Below are positions 1-13,290 of a stretch of 64,000 bases of DNA, piece by piece (within the stretch, counting starts at the first letter, position 1; each line of letters starts with the position of its first letter). The DNA comes from the human T2T-CHM13v2.0 reference genome, Homo sapiens. Under the pieces are notes generated by a model. That model was not told the origin of the DNA. It searched no databases and saw nothing but the letters and a program-made list of their open reading frames with translations. The position numbers and the translations under genes were made by a program. The stretch lies in the NCBI RefSeq assembly GCF_009914755.1, contig NC_060937.1. One strand, 5' to 3'.

Positions 1-789
1 CATTGACTTGTAAAATGTCAGACACTATTCCTAGCGTGGAAAGAGAAGGAAAATGGGGTTAAATCCCTGAGGACAGAGACAGGCCACAATAAAGTGCCCA
101 CAGAGGAGATAGAGAAGGGTCCATAGAGGAGGAGAAAGGAAGAAGGCCGGGTGCCTCTTGTTGATTTGATTGTGCCTCCCTGGGTCTAAACACACAACAG
201 TGTTTGCTGAATGAATAAATGAAAACTTGCCATTATCTCCCAGTCTCCCAGGACCTGAAGGTGGGAGAACTCTGACCTGAAGGACAGGAACAGTTCCCCG
301 AGGCTTGGCATGCCTGTTGCTTCATATCTCAAAGCTGTCTCTGCTCCCCATGAACACACACCTTCCTTCCCTGTGTTCTCCTTCAGTGGTATATGAGAGA
401 TGTCACTGTTCCACATTCTTACCAATATATGGCTTTGTCAGACACTTACATCTTTGCCCATTTATTTATTATTTGGATTGAGTGATGATTTACACTTCCA
501 GAGGATCAAAGGCTGTAAAGCAAAGATTCCCTCTCATCTTCAATTTTTCTCTCTAGAGACCAAGAGTGTTACCAATTTCTTTTTATCTTTTGATAGTCCA
601 TGCATATCCAAGAAAATATGTACATGTGTATGTGCATGTATGAATGTATATGTACACACACCCACCTTATTTTATATAAATAGCAGCATGCCATTCTGCA
701 CCTTGGTTATTCTATTCAATGATAAAGTTTGGAGATTGCTTGATATTAGTATATAATAAACTTTGTAAGTTTAAAAAAATCTGTCTTAA

Positions 790-1810
790 AATAAATTTAA
801 ACTTAACAGAACTTTGCAAGAATGGTATGAAGAAATCCCTTGTAATCTCTAGCAAATTCACTAGTTTTTAACATTTTGTCCCATTTGCTTTAGCATTCTG
901 TTTCTCAAATATTTTTATTATCATTTTTGGGCCACTCAAGAGTAGGTGGCATACATATGACTCTTTACCTTTTAATACTTCACTATGTGTTTCCTAAGAA
1001 CAAAGCTATTTGTTTGTATAACCAGTGTTCAGCTGTCAAATTCAGAAAATGTGATGTCGATACATTTTTATCTATTGTAGAGTCAATACTCCAATTTAGC
1101 AACTGTCTCCAAATGTACTTTATAACATATTTTTCTGTACAAGATTCTGTCTAAGATGCAAAATTGCATTTAGTTCGTGATGTATTTTTGTTCTCCTTTA
1201 TTCTGAAACAAAAATCTCAGCCTTTGTTTATTTTTAATGACATTGATGCTTCTGGAGAATATATGCCAGATGTTTTATAGAATGTCTCTCGATTTGGGTT
1301 TGTATGATAGTTCCTGTTTTTTGCTGTAATGTGACATAAGTGATATTGCACCCATCTTGGGATTCATGTCCAAGGACAGGATGTGTTTGCTCCTCACTGG
1401 TGATGTTAACTTTGATCACTTGATTAAGTTACTGTCCCATTGTTCCACTGTACAATTAGTAACTCTTCTTTTGTAATAAGTAATTCATGGGGAGATGCTT
1501 GAGATTGTGTTTTCCACCTAGATTTAGCATCCACTGATGATTCCTGTCTCAATCAGTTTTAACAATGGTATTTGCAAGATACTGAGGTTTCTACTTCAAT
1601 AACACCTTCAATATTTATGAGTCAAAATTATGCTACAAAAAAGAGCTTTTCCTTCTCTTTCTCTCATTCATTCATTATCAGTGTCATCTCATGGGCTCTT
1701 ATTTTATTCAACGAATTGCAATTTGCCACTATTGATATCTATTTTGTTCCTCAAATTTCTCCAGATTTGGCAAGCAGCAGCCCTTTCCATCTTTCCTCTA
1801 GGTCTCTTTC
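790..1810 (-). mobile_element. Old L1M (L1MC/L1MD-like) 3' UTR fragment
   Basis: Begins 'ataaatttaaacttaacagaactttgcaagaat...aacattttgtcccatttgct', resembling the reverse complement of L1MC 3' ends; boundaries approximate. Confidence 0.6.
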
Positions 1811-1919
1811 TGTAAAGGAGTTTTTTTTGTGTGTGTACAAGAAAAGTCTCCCATAAACAGGGTACCCACATCCTGAAATGTTTCTGTGTTCCTTGCAACG
1901 GATTCTTTTCCGAGATAAC

Positions 1920-2535
1920 TGACCCCTGCTGACCTCTGATCCGTTTCTGTCACTCCAGTTTTGCCTTTTTCTAGAGTTTCATATAAGTGAAATTGTAGGA
2001 TATGTAGTCTTGGCATTAACTCAACTTGATGAGGATTTTGTTTTGAAAAATTTATTGCTGGATTTGCTAACAGTTTGTTTAGAATTTTCACATACAGATT
2101 AATGAGTGAGATTGTATCATAACTTTCCTTTCTCATACTGTCTTTGCCAGGTTTTGAGATCAAGGTTAATATAATCTCATAAAATGACTTACAAAGAATT
2201 CCTTTTTCATAATTCCCTAAAAGAATATGTAAAATATTAGAATAATTCATTTCTTAAAAGGTGGGAAGGACTCACAGCTTGATGCTTTCCTTGTGGGAAG
2301 GTTTTAAACTACTGACTTAATTTATCTAATTATTATAAGATTCTTCAGGCTTTTTACTTCTTTTTGAGCCTGATTTGGTAAGTTATTCCTGCTAGGCCTC
2401 TGATCTTTTAATTGAATTTTAAAATTTAATGATACATAGTTGTTCACAGTATTCTTTCTGAATTTTATAATCTCTGCTACCTCTGTAATTAAGTCCTCTT
2501 TTTAAAAATTCCCAATATGGCTTATTTATACCAAT
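1920..2535 (-). mobile_element. Old L1M fragment (3' UTR piece joined to ORF2 RT-region remnant)
   Basis: ORF 1798..2250(-) contains SFYEIILTLISKPGKDSMRKESYDTISLINLYVKILNKLLAN, homologous to L1 ORF2 [43 protein letters not shown]. Confidence 0.85.
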
Positions 2536-2536
2536 T

Positions 2537-2765
2537 TTTTTATACATTTTTGTTATAAATTTATAATTTTTACATTAAAAATATTACTACATATATTAAT
2601 ACATATATTAGTCAATATATTAACACATCTATTAGTCAATACCTAACCACATATATTAGTCAATATATTAATACATATATTGAATGTATTAGTCCTCTTT
2701 ATTGTATGTCCGTTTTCCCTCTGGAACCATATGGGGAGAATATGTTTTCCTTGAAGGGTCTTTCT
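2537..2765 (+). repeat. Left arm of 229-bp inverted repeat (contains degenerate ACATATATTAGTCAAT minisatellite)
   Basis: Ungapped reverse-complement match to 4075-4303 with 17 mismatches by manual alignment. Confidence 0.95.
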
Positions 2766-3216
2766 TTCTGGGAGGTAGGTTTTTTCCTGGCCTATTTTTT
2801 TCACAGTAGTATAGTCAGCTTCGTGGCTCCCGACCCGGTGCACTTCTCACCTCCAGCTTCTCCACTCTGAGTGGCACCAGGGCTTGGTTTCACCCCAGCC
2901 CTCCTGAAATGGCTCATCTCCCAAGCTCTCCTCTTGCCCTGAGGACAGAAACAGATTCAAGTTAGGAGGTTATTACTCACTCATTTGCTTTCAGCTTCTT
3001 TTTCTTTTTTTTTCCTCCTTGTAGGTGTTTTATATGCTGTCTTGCAAACCCATCAATAAATTTTAAAATGTGCTTCTTATAATGTATCCAGAGGATATTA
3101 TAATAGAAAGGCATTTAAAAATATCAAGGCTCTGTGCTGCTTAAAAGCTGAAGTCCATTTAATTAAAGACCAATTTAAACTAAATAAAAGTTAGAAAAGA
3201 AAAAATGATTCTATAC

Positions 3217-3604
3217 AGTGGTGCTGTTTAAAGGAACTACAGCGTGAGTTATACATATAGCTTGAAATTTTCTGATTACCACACTAAAAAGAAGAAAAAG
3301 AAATATATGAAATTAATTGTAATAATACATATATATTTTAACATGTAAGTACATCATCTTTCCTTTAATTTACAAAATATATTTCTATGGTTCTTTAAAA
3401 GATATATGTCATTTAATCCAATATATCCAAAATATTACCGTTTCAGTGTAATATAATTGTTAATAAAATATTTTACATTGTTTTGCACTACATCTTTAGA
3501 ATCTAATGTGTATTTTTATACTTGTTGTCCAGCTCAGATTGGACAACATTGTTTTAAGTGTTCAATGTCACATGAGGTTAGTGCTAGTGTATTACTTAGT
3601 ACAG
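3217..3604 (+). mobile_element. MER33 (hAT-Charlie) DNA transposon fossil with internal ~80-bp insertion
   Basis: 'gaaattaattgtaataat...ccaatatatccaaaatatta...aagtgttcaatgtcacatg' follows MER33 consensus order. Confidence 0.75.
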
Positions 3605-4074
3605 TTCATAGCATCTTTACCAAGTTTTTCTTACATTTATCTAGCTATTCTGTGTCTCTTAATCTCTCAGGTCTTTTCCTGATATCATCATTTTCTTTTG
3701 CTTTTAGAAAATGATTCTCATTTTCTCTATATGTAAAGAGAGGAAAACAGTTCAGGAGCTTCTTTGGCATAACAATTTTAATTCATATCACACCTTGATA
3801 TTGTAAAAATATTTCTAATTGTTCCAACAACTCTGCCTTCTTAAAGTCTATTTCAAGCAAGAAATGAGAGAGAAGCTCAACACTTTGAAAGTTTAAAAGC
3901 TTGGATTTGAAAATAGTTCACCATTTTATGTGCTCAGAATTTGTATTCATTTTGTTAAGGTGTCCAAAATAGTTCAGAATATTTGTAAGTGTTGTATTTT
4001 AGGAGATGAAAGATAATTCAGTTTTTCCATGCTAATGGAGATAAAACTTTGAAATATCTTGATGTCATAGTCAT

Positions 4075-4303
4075 AGAAAGATCCTTCAAGGAAGATGTAT
4101 TCTCCCTATATGGATCTAGATGGAAAACAGACATAAAATAAAGAGGACTAATACATTCAATATATGTATAAATATATTGACTAATATATGTAGTAATGTA
4201 TTGACTAATAGATGTGTTAATATATTGACTAATATATGTAGTAATATATGTAGTAATATTTTTAATGTAAAAATTATAAATTTATGACAAAAATTTATAA
4301 AAA
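4075..4303 (-). repeat. Right arm of 229-bp inverted repeat
   Basis: Reverse complement of 2537-2765; paired positions sum to 6840 throughout. Confidence 0.95.
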
Positions 4304-4394
4304 GATAACTTTACAGTTGTGATCATACCAAATATATCTAATCATTTATTTCACTATATGTTTAAAAAGTAAATGACCTATCACATATAGTACT

Positions 4395-4690
4395 TACTAT
4401 GGTACTAGGCTCTGTTTAGGCACAGGGGATAGAAGTAGGAATGATTCATTCCTGTCATTGTGGAACATCTAGAGGTAGTTTCCTATAGATATAGACATGC
4501 ATTTCAGTTTTGCAAGAAGTATAATTAATGCTATCTATATATCTATCTGTGTATTTATCTATGGATACTCCCAGGTGGAATATAAACCCAAAATAGGTCA
4601 GGCACAATTTTCCCTCTGTAGATTAGGAATTTGGAAAATTTTTATAGACAGGCTGTATTTAATCCAGGTATTGAATAATGTTCAGTCATG
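4395..4690 (-). mobile_element. L2 fragment
   Basis: 'ctatggtactaggctctgtttaggcacaggggatag' typical of L2 3' end in reverse orientation. Confidence 0.5.
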
Positions 4691-5523
4691 AAACACACAC
4701 TTTTTGTCAATGACTCCAGAATAAGTTTAACCTATGGAGCTGAGAAGCATTCCTAAGTGTAACCATTTAATTAACAGCTAAATTTTGAAAATATTCACCT
4801 ATTTGCTTCAGTTTCTTTTTTAGGTATAGCCATGATCATCCAGAAAATGAAGTAAAACATTTCAAAATAATTAAAGATTTTACCTTTCTTGATAAAAAAT
4901 TGGTAGTTTTTTTAAAAAAGCATTTTTTCTAAGTAGGGAAGATATTCATTTTAATAATGTATTGACTAAAAATAAGTGATTCAAGGTTTATGGAATAACA
5001 ATGTGAAATGTTTTTCCTAGTGTACAAGGGCTGTTTCCTAGAATGTTTTTGCTTCTTAGTTCTTATACTTCCTTTCTCAATATTTACAGACAGTCCTTTC
5101 TTTTCTCCCTCCCTCCCTTTCTTCCTTCCCAATGAGAAACCAAATTAAGTCCTTTAGTATGAAGATTGCAGATCCTTAAGTGAATCGGGTGTGTCTCAAT
5201 GATAGTTCCCTTGCCTTCTTATTAATCTTGAGTAAAAGCAAGTCATAAACATTTTTACCAGAATGGAAAATGCATGAGAATAGAGTAAGTTGATTGTCTT
5301 TGACTTTGAGTAATTTTTAACAGCCAAGGAAAGTGGCTTGTATTCCAATTAACACCCTTCAGAAACTGCCACCAATGAATGAAAATGCCCGGGATACACT
5401 ATGCAAAATAATATTTTTGTCAGAGGAAATTGAAAGCTACCAGAAAACACAGAGCAGAGAGAACAGCCGGGAGACTATGACATCAAGATATTTCAAATGT
5501 GGAATTTATGACTGGAGAGTCGT

Positions 5524-5570
5524 TTCAAAGGCATCTCAACCCTTTGATCTTAACTGTGGCAGGATCAAAG
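5524..5570. promoter_or_regulatory. Cluster of three TCF/LEF-like motifs (candidate Wnt-response element)
   Basis: TTCAAAGG (5524-5531), CCTTTGATC (5541-5549), GATCAAAG (5563-5570) within 47 bp of non-repeat sequence; function inferred only. Confidence 0.35.
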
Positions 5571-6919
5571 TCCCATTCGGCCAGTGAGTAAGAGCACTGA
5601 CATGGGTCTGTTGATGCGGCTCTTTGGAGCAGGAAGAAGAGCACCGAAAAATATTCCTTCTGTGTCCACTGTGCTCAAAAAGAAAGATTGTGTATCATTT
5701 CAACTAAAATCACAGAAATTTACTAGTGGTTTGCTACTGGATTTTAAATGCCCTTTCATATACATATTTACAATAGAAACTATAATAATATGCAATCATT
5801 TAGCACCCAATATTCCTAAAAGTGGCCACTTGAAGGAATAATTGCATAGCCATGGTACAATTCTACTAAAGCCAAAATACATAATTATCCCTTGATCCCC
5901 TTCCCAAAATATGTTATGTGCCTCATAGACTGAACTGAGAAAAAGCATTGTGCCCAGTGCGAACTCAGGCAGCCTTGCCTGGAAGGTGCTACTCTCTCTC
6001 CCCAACGCAGAGCAGGAAGTGAGAAGGAACTCAGCTGGACAGGATAAAAATGCTAGGCAGCTTTCCAGCTCCTTCAGAGCAAGTCTTGACAGTGGACTTC
6101 ATTAGTTTTATTAGAGCATCATCAATTCCCTAAATGTCACATGGAGCTCTATTCAAATACCAGCAAAGAAATATAATCCAAAGACAAACATACCTTGTTT
6201 GGTGATTATTCAGTGTTTATAAATATTCACATCCTGGCTCTTCTCCAGGGAAAATATGAAAAGCGTGGAGAGCTGATGATTCTTGATCCTGATCAGTCAT
6301 ATTGGGAACTCGATTTCCTTATGTTAAAAAGAAGGGAGATGTTATAGTTAGGATTAAAGTAGCCCCTTCTAACAAAGTTCCAGCAGGTTAAGTTCTGAGA
6401 CTCTAAGAAGTTAGTACCTCAGGGATCAAAGTGATTCACCAAACCAAGCCTGGGACCATTGTGGCCTTTCTTGCCATTCCTATAACCGAACTTCATTTGG
6501 TTTGTCTTTTCCATGCCCTTACCACTGCTAATCTCTTACTACTGTTAATCTCCTGATAGAACTCATATAATATTCTTGTAAGTGATCTCATTGACTTCAT
6601 TGAAACTCCCCAATTTATCCTATACACCTGCATTTTCCAAGGTGTCTACTTGGAACCTTAATCCCATGAGATATTTGGTGAGAGAAAAATCCAAAGATTT
6701 CTTCATGAAATGGGCTTGGGAAAAGTTACATGTTCTTTTTCTTGGAGAAACAAAACAAAGATAGGGAAGTTAAAGATTTTTGAGAAGTCTTAAAAATTGT
6801 TAAGTATGCTTAACCTATCATTTCCAAAGTTTATTTGACCAGAAATAATTTTAAGTCATGACTTTTAATATACAAAGTTCCCTAGAAATTTTCTTTGCAA
6901 AACATTGCTATATGTTTAT

Positions 6920-7430
6920 GTTAAAGTGATCATTCTAAGATGCAAATTGAATATGTCCCAGTTGTGCTTAAATATTGCATTGACCATCGATTCCCCATAA
7001 GATCAAGTTCAAAACTACCCAGCAGGGATACAAGGCCCTTCATGCTTTTGTCCCCAGTTACATGTTAAGTAACTTCCAAACTTTTCCTGACACATACTTC
7101 ACCTGTTTTCAAAGCATACTCTGCTCTCCAAGACCTCCTATGTGATACTCTTTGTCTGTATTCCCCTTCCTACCTTATCCAGACAGAAAATCCCTACTCA
7201 GCCTTTAGATACAGCTCAAGCATTAGCTCCTCTTGGAAGATTTCCCTGGCAAGCATAACTAGCCAACCCACAATCTGCAAGATTTCTGTGCTTTCCTCCA
7301 GGTTTGTGGAACACCCTGTGTCTAAGTGTCTACTTGTACAGGCTGTTTGTACTGCAGTTTTTGTGCATGTCCTCTCCACTGTGCTTCAAGCTTCTTGATA
7401 GTCTGGCTGTAGTATATTTGTATTAGTATC
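6920..7430 (+). mobile_element. L2 fragment
   Basis: 'caaggcccttcatg', 'cctactcagcctttagatacagctcaagcattagctcctcttggaagatttccctg' match L2 3' region. Confidence 0.65.
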
Positions 7431-8579
7431 TTTTTTAAGTGGGTTAAAGGAAGACTGTAAGTAGAATGTGTTAAAGGAACAAATAAGTACATGAGGAAAA
7501 TTGTCTAACAGAAGTATAATAGTAAATGGAGAGAGTTAGGTTGAATTATCTTGAATTCAATTAAAAGAGATTAGATTGACCTAATATAAAAAAGATAGAT
7601 TGAATTCTTTTAAGTTCTCTTTGAAAGGGCAGAAGAAATATGTAGAAACTACTTTAGGCTATTGGATTTATTTCCTGCTTTTAAGACTCTAATTCATTTT
7701 CTTGTGAGCTGATTCTATCCAGGCAAGTTTATGAAAATTCTATGTGAGTTGAAGGAAACCTCACACATATTACAGTCCACTTATTCAAACATATAAACAA
7801 TTACAGCACACTTTGAGGAGGGCTATGATTGGCTGTCTGCTGTGAAGTGTGATCAGCATGGTGATCAAGAAAAGCATCCAATAGGCAGTGATGTTTATGC
7901 ATAACCACAAGGTGGATTTAATTCTCCATGCCTAGAGACAAATACAAAAGCTGAAGAGGCATTTGCATCTTAGGAGAATGCTGGAAAGCAATGTTGGAAA
8001 TAAGATCAATGTTTCTATTAGCACAGGATCCTCAAGTAAAGTCAAAGCCAAAGCTAAAATGTAGCTCTGCTACAGCATAATGGAGTGTCTTTGCTCTATA
8101 CCCTTGTTTATCTTCCTGCACTAAAGTGATAAATGAATTTGTAACTGCCTTTGAGATTTCGTAACTCTCAGAAGCAATGCTTTTCTTTTTAAAAATGATT
8201 TCAAAGGAAAAATAAAATATTCCAAAAACCATGTAGGCAATATTTAGAATGCTTGGGCAAACAAATGCGTCTCTTCATGGTTAATTATAAAAGAAAAAAG
8301 AAAGCTTGCCTTCTATCTGTTTTCCCTCCAATATTGTTTTTTTTTCTTCAGCAAACTAGATATAGTTCAATAAAGAAATGACCTTAAAAAAATTTATCGT
8401 TGATGACAGTGTTTGGTAGGATGTGATTTAAGCACTCCTGATTGGTGATGTATGTTATTTTAGACTTAAAGATGATATTACTGAGCCACTGTTAGTCAGT
8501 CAAGCACTTTAAATCCTTTCCTGCATGGAAAAGGGTTATAGCAAACCATCTGCTCAGTTGTTTTCGTGAAAAGTTAGAC

Positions 8580-8800
8580 ACTTATTTTTCTCTTTAACAA
8601 GAATGTTTTGAGCTCTGCTACATGGTAGGTATTGCATCAGAGATACATTGATGAATGAAGATAATTCTTGATATTTACTGGAGAAAGAAAACAAATAAGT
8701 AGGGTTTTGCAATACAATTGTATAATTTTATTCTAGGAGTGAAAATAGAGGATGCTATGTGAGTATGTAGCAGTGCATCTAATCCAGATTTGAGAGACAC
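8580..8800 (-). mobile_element. L2 fragment
   Basis: 'tttaacaagaatgttttgagctctgctacatgg', 'gcatctaatccagatt' L2-like. Confidence 0.5.
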
Positions 8801-9196
8801 TGGGATGGGAAACATTTATCAAGGCAGCACACACCAGTAGACTAACTGACCAGCTGAGTTAGATGTCTGGTTTGTGGCTAGGTCACATTAGTCTCTCTTT
8901 ATGGATTTGTTCAGATCCTTGGTCTTGTCAGAATGATGCTAACTTTGCCTCTTATTCCAATGGCAATGTGCAATTATAGTTACATCTATTAATGAAGCTA
9001 GAAAGCTTTTCTTATTTCATGTCTATGAAAATCTACATTTTAACACCTTTTGTGAGAAACTCTAGTTTACACATATTTGAAAGTCTTTTCATTGAATAAG
9101 ACACTCAACAAAAATGTAAATGAAAGACCAGCACATTTTCATTGTGATGACAGCAATGCAAATTGATGGAAGAAATGATATCTACCTCATTCTTGT

Positions 9197-9220
<24 letters not shown>
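9197..9220. repeat. (TC)n microsatellite
   Basis: Direct reading. Confidence 0.95.
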
Positions 9221-9227
<7 letters not shown>

Positions 9228-9584
9228 TCTTCTGGCTTTCTTTCTCTTTTGTTGAGGACACTGAGGCATACAGGAAGGCAGTTACGTGTTCTGGTTTATA
9301 CCTTTAGATAATAAGACCATTACAGATGAGCTTTGTTAGTCCTACTGAATAACAGTAATAAAATTTACCATTATAATCACTATTATAGTATGACTAGTTA
9401 TAAATATATTAGGTTTAAACATGACAATGCCAATTGGTATGTAAAAAATGTGGAATATTGGAAATTTTAAATGATTCATATTGATATTATTAGTATATTG
9501 TATGTTTAAAAACCATAAATGTATCATAATTCATAAATAATAAACAGTATATGATTTATTACTGAGAATAGATTTGTGGAAGTA

Positions 9585-10050
9585 CTGTACCTCAGAAGCA
9601 GGTAATAAGGGGGTGTGTTTCCTGTAGAGAATTTTAAAACAAGAAAAAACAAACTGACTAAAAATCAGCTTCCTTTTTATTATCACCATGGGTTGGCAAT
9701 TCTAAATAATGTCAGATATAAGATGTTCCCCCTCCAAATAGCTTTTGTTGGTTTAAGTTCCAGACAATTGCTATAGTTACTTGTGGATACATACATGCGT
9801 GTACACACAGACACACACACACACACACAGTTCAAATTAGCCCATTTTATTTTTTAGCCTTAAATAAACCTTGTGTTCTATGTAGAAGTTAATTGGGAGA
9901 ACTTCTGTTTTACAGAGAGTCTTTACCTTGCAGCCTCAGTGACACATGTTAACCTACAATGGCTCTGAATCCTTTACGCTTGCTTTGGTACAACCCCTGT
10001 ATTTATTAGTGTCCCTGCATTTAAACCATGTGTTCTACATAAACAATAGT
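9585..10050 (+). mobile_element. MER97-type (hAT-Tip100) DNA transposon fossil with internal (CA)n at ~9811-9829
   Basis: 'gcaggtaataagggggtg...tgtagagaattttaaaac...ttattatcaccatg..ggcaattctaaataatgtcag' matches recalled MER97 5' end. Confidence 0.7.
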
Positions 10051-10149
10051 AGGATGGGGATTATGAAGATGCAAATAAATAAACAGAACTTGAATTACTT
10101 CAATTCTGGCCCTTTTTCTAAAGCGATGAATCAAACAATACCATAGAAA

Positions 10150-10525
10150 CAGAACAGAAACAAATTGTGATACATCTGTATACTGGGATACTGTTGGAAT
10201 GATACACAAAACAACCTGGCTTAATTTCCAAATAATTATGCTAAAAGAAGCCATCAGAAAAGAGCAGATGCTGCATATATTCTATGTAAATGAAATTCTA
10301 GAGAATGTAAATTAAACTATAGTTACAGAACACAGGTCAGTGGTTGCCTGGGATTAGGAGTGGGCGGAAAGTGGTGGGAGGCGGGGATTATAAAGAGGAA
10401 TAAGGGAACTTTGGAGGCGACGGATTACGGGTGTGTGTATATACATATCAAACTTATCAAATTGTATACTTTAAATGTGTGCAGTCTACTCTATGTTGAT
10501 TGTACTTCAAGAAATCTGTAAAAAT
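10150..10525 (+). mobile_element. L1MC/L1MD-like 3' end
   Basis: 'ggtcagtggttgcctggg', 'atcaaattgtatactttaaatgtgtgcagt...tacttcaagaaa' typical L1M 3' terminus. Confidence 0.75.
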
Positions 10526-11038
10526 GCTAAGTATGCCACTGTTAAACAAATATAATAAAGCACTGATATATTTATAAACAATTTTCCACCAATCAGGAAT
10601 TTTAACTTACTGTTTCTCAATCTTGTCTTCTCTATCCAAATGAATCAATGGCTACACTAGATTGGATTTCAGAACTCATCTGGTCCAAGAGAAAGACATT
10701 GTCCATTGGAGTGGCTGTGGGGCAGGAGGAATTGTTTTGAGTGGGGATGGCAGTTGATAGATGGTAAACTGCAACTAATTACTTGAAATTTTTTTTCAAA
10801 CCAGTACAAAATGATTTGAAGCCTCAGGCCAATTTTCAGTAAAATATCAAAGGAAAAGGCCAGTGATGAAAAGATACATAATTTATAATAATCTAGCTGG
10901 ACACTTACAGAAAATTCTAGGTCAATAGGGGCTTTTTTTGCTTTCTTGATCATTTATAGCCATCATTGCAGCACTTGAGATATTGATGAAGGATATGAAT
11001 TAATGTGGGATGAAAGAATGCATACAGGTACAAGTTAA

Positions 11039-11434
<396 letters not shown>

Positions 11435-11958
11435 TAAATCACCAGGCTATAGAAGCAGAAATTCCTGTGGCCTTCCATTTTTGTCTCAAGAATTTTTCTT
11501 TATTGCCCCAAATGCTCCAGCCAAAGGAAACAGGAAGTTCTGATACTATTAGGGGACCTCCTTATATACAAATCAGCAGTGCACAAACTGACAGAACATT
11601 TCTCATCTATGGGGCAGCAGGAGAGGAAGGGCTTCTGTGACACTTGGTTCAAGTGTTTCTGCTTCCCCACACTGCCCCTACCCAGGTCTAGAAAGGATCC
11701 ATACACCTTGCGGCCAGCATTTCACTCTCCTGTTAGGTGATGGCTCACCTGACCTGTCTCAAACCAGGCTGGGGTTAACTCAACTCACACCTCTCACAGT
11801 CCTCATCACTAGGGATATAATTGCCTACTCTCATTGCATCAGTTGGCATTCCATAACAATCAAAAACAATGAACAGAATTAAACTCAGTTGGTTAAAATG
11901 TTGTCTATATCCCATTGAGATTTATAAATGATCTCTACTTATTGGGCCCAAGTCTTAG

Positions 11959-12498
11959 TGTATTAGGGTGACTGAGTGACAGCATGGTGAGCCTAATTCC
12001 ATTGAAAGAAGGTTTTTAATGCAGTTCCCCACTAAACAAGAGGCACAGCATGTACCAGACACAGCCACATGGGAAAAACACCATGGTGCTCAGGATGCAG
12101 AAAATAGGAGCAAGGGGAAGGTATAGGCCACAGTTTTCAGTTTCTGAAAGAAATGCAAGTTGTGGCAGGGCAAACAGACTAGGATTGGCTCATTTGAATA
12201 ATTCGGGTGGTTCTGGTGGGCTTTGAGCTATAGCAGTGGTCTGTGGTTGCCTGGCACCTGGCTCTGGGATGATCACGTGAGAGGAATATTGCCTCCTGGG
12301 GTGGATAAACCAGATAGAGGAGGTATGGCTCTAGATTGATTAGTTTGTATATCAAAGACATACTCCTGGCTAGGTTATTTGTTATCTTTAAAAATTGGCT
12401 AGTCCCAAGAAGGGCAGTCTCTCCTCAGCCAGAAAGGGTTTTCAGGATGTCACAATATGACATTATACAAAAAAATTAAAATATATACTTACAATACA
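11959..12498 (-). mobile_element. ERVL-class solo LTR (MER76/LTR52-like)
   Basis: TG...CA termini (tgtattag...caataca); 'gaggaggtatggctctagattgattagtttg', 'aattggctagtccc..gggcagtctctcc'. Confidence 0.65.
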
Positions 12499-13029
12499 CT
12501 TCAGACCACATTTCAGTAGCTCCAGGGACCACAAACCAGCAAAATTTATACTCACTCCACACATTCAAAAATGCCATTCGAGAAAATATATCACTTCACT
12601 CTCTTGGCAATGGAAAGTTTCCTAAATAACTCCTCAGTAATGTCGTTCAAAAAATTAAATACCATCTGAACACAATAAGGATTTAAATTATGAGCTAGTT
12701 TTAAATTATGAACAAACACTTCAAAATATAAGAGTAACTGGAATTCTTTTAGACACATGTCTGTCTTTAAAGATGAGATTCAAGTATATTGGTTTAATTC
12801 AAAATTAAAAAAGACTAAAATATCAGTTTTAAAGTTGTGTAACAAACAGAAAATATGTCTTCAGAAGTCAGTGCAGCTTGGTGGAGGACATTGCTGTGTC
12901 AGAGGTATTCTGCACTCACTTTTATATGCTTCCTGGGTGAAGTTGTCTTGCCTACCTCTGGGCTTCTGTACTGTCCTCCATGCTCTTCCATCTCCCTTCA
13001 TCCAATCAAGCTCCTCCTCATGAGGTAAA

Positions 13030-13290
13030 CACTCATCTCTTATGAATCAGCCCAAGCATCACCTTCTTTAAGAAGCATCTCCTGATACTGACCCTACTTG
13101 TACACAATTGTCTCCATACAATTAAACTCTCTGCCTCTGCCTTTTCTTGCCCAGTGGCCCATCATAGCAACTTTAGCATATAGTGTCCTTTCTACCTGAC
13201 CGTAAGTCAGGCCCTTAATTTTATTTGATATTCCATCACTAGCATTTTCAACAATGCTCAGTGCATTGTGATGTTTAATAAAGGCATTTG
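13030..13290 (+). mobile_element. L2 3' fragment
   Basis: 'cagcccaagcatcaccttctttaagaagcatctcctga' and L2-like end 'gtttaataaaggcatttggaatg'. Confidence 0.55.

Noticed and set aside
2580-2690. Repeat-spacer (CRISPR-like) reading of the recurring TATTAGTCAAT units
   Set aside because: Eukaryotic AT-rich minisatellite with irregular, related spacers and no cas genes
2537-4303. Inverted repeat as the terminal inverted repeats of a novel DNA transposon
   Set aside because: No target-site duplication at the outer ends and no transposase remnant in the spacer, which holds an old MER33 and other host-like sequence; a local duplication fits better
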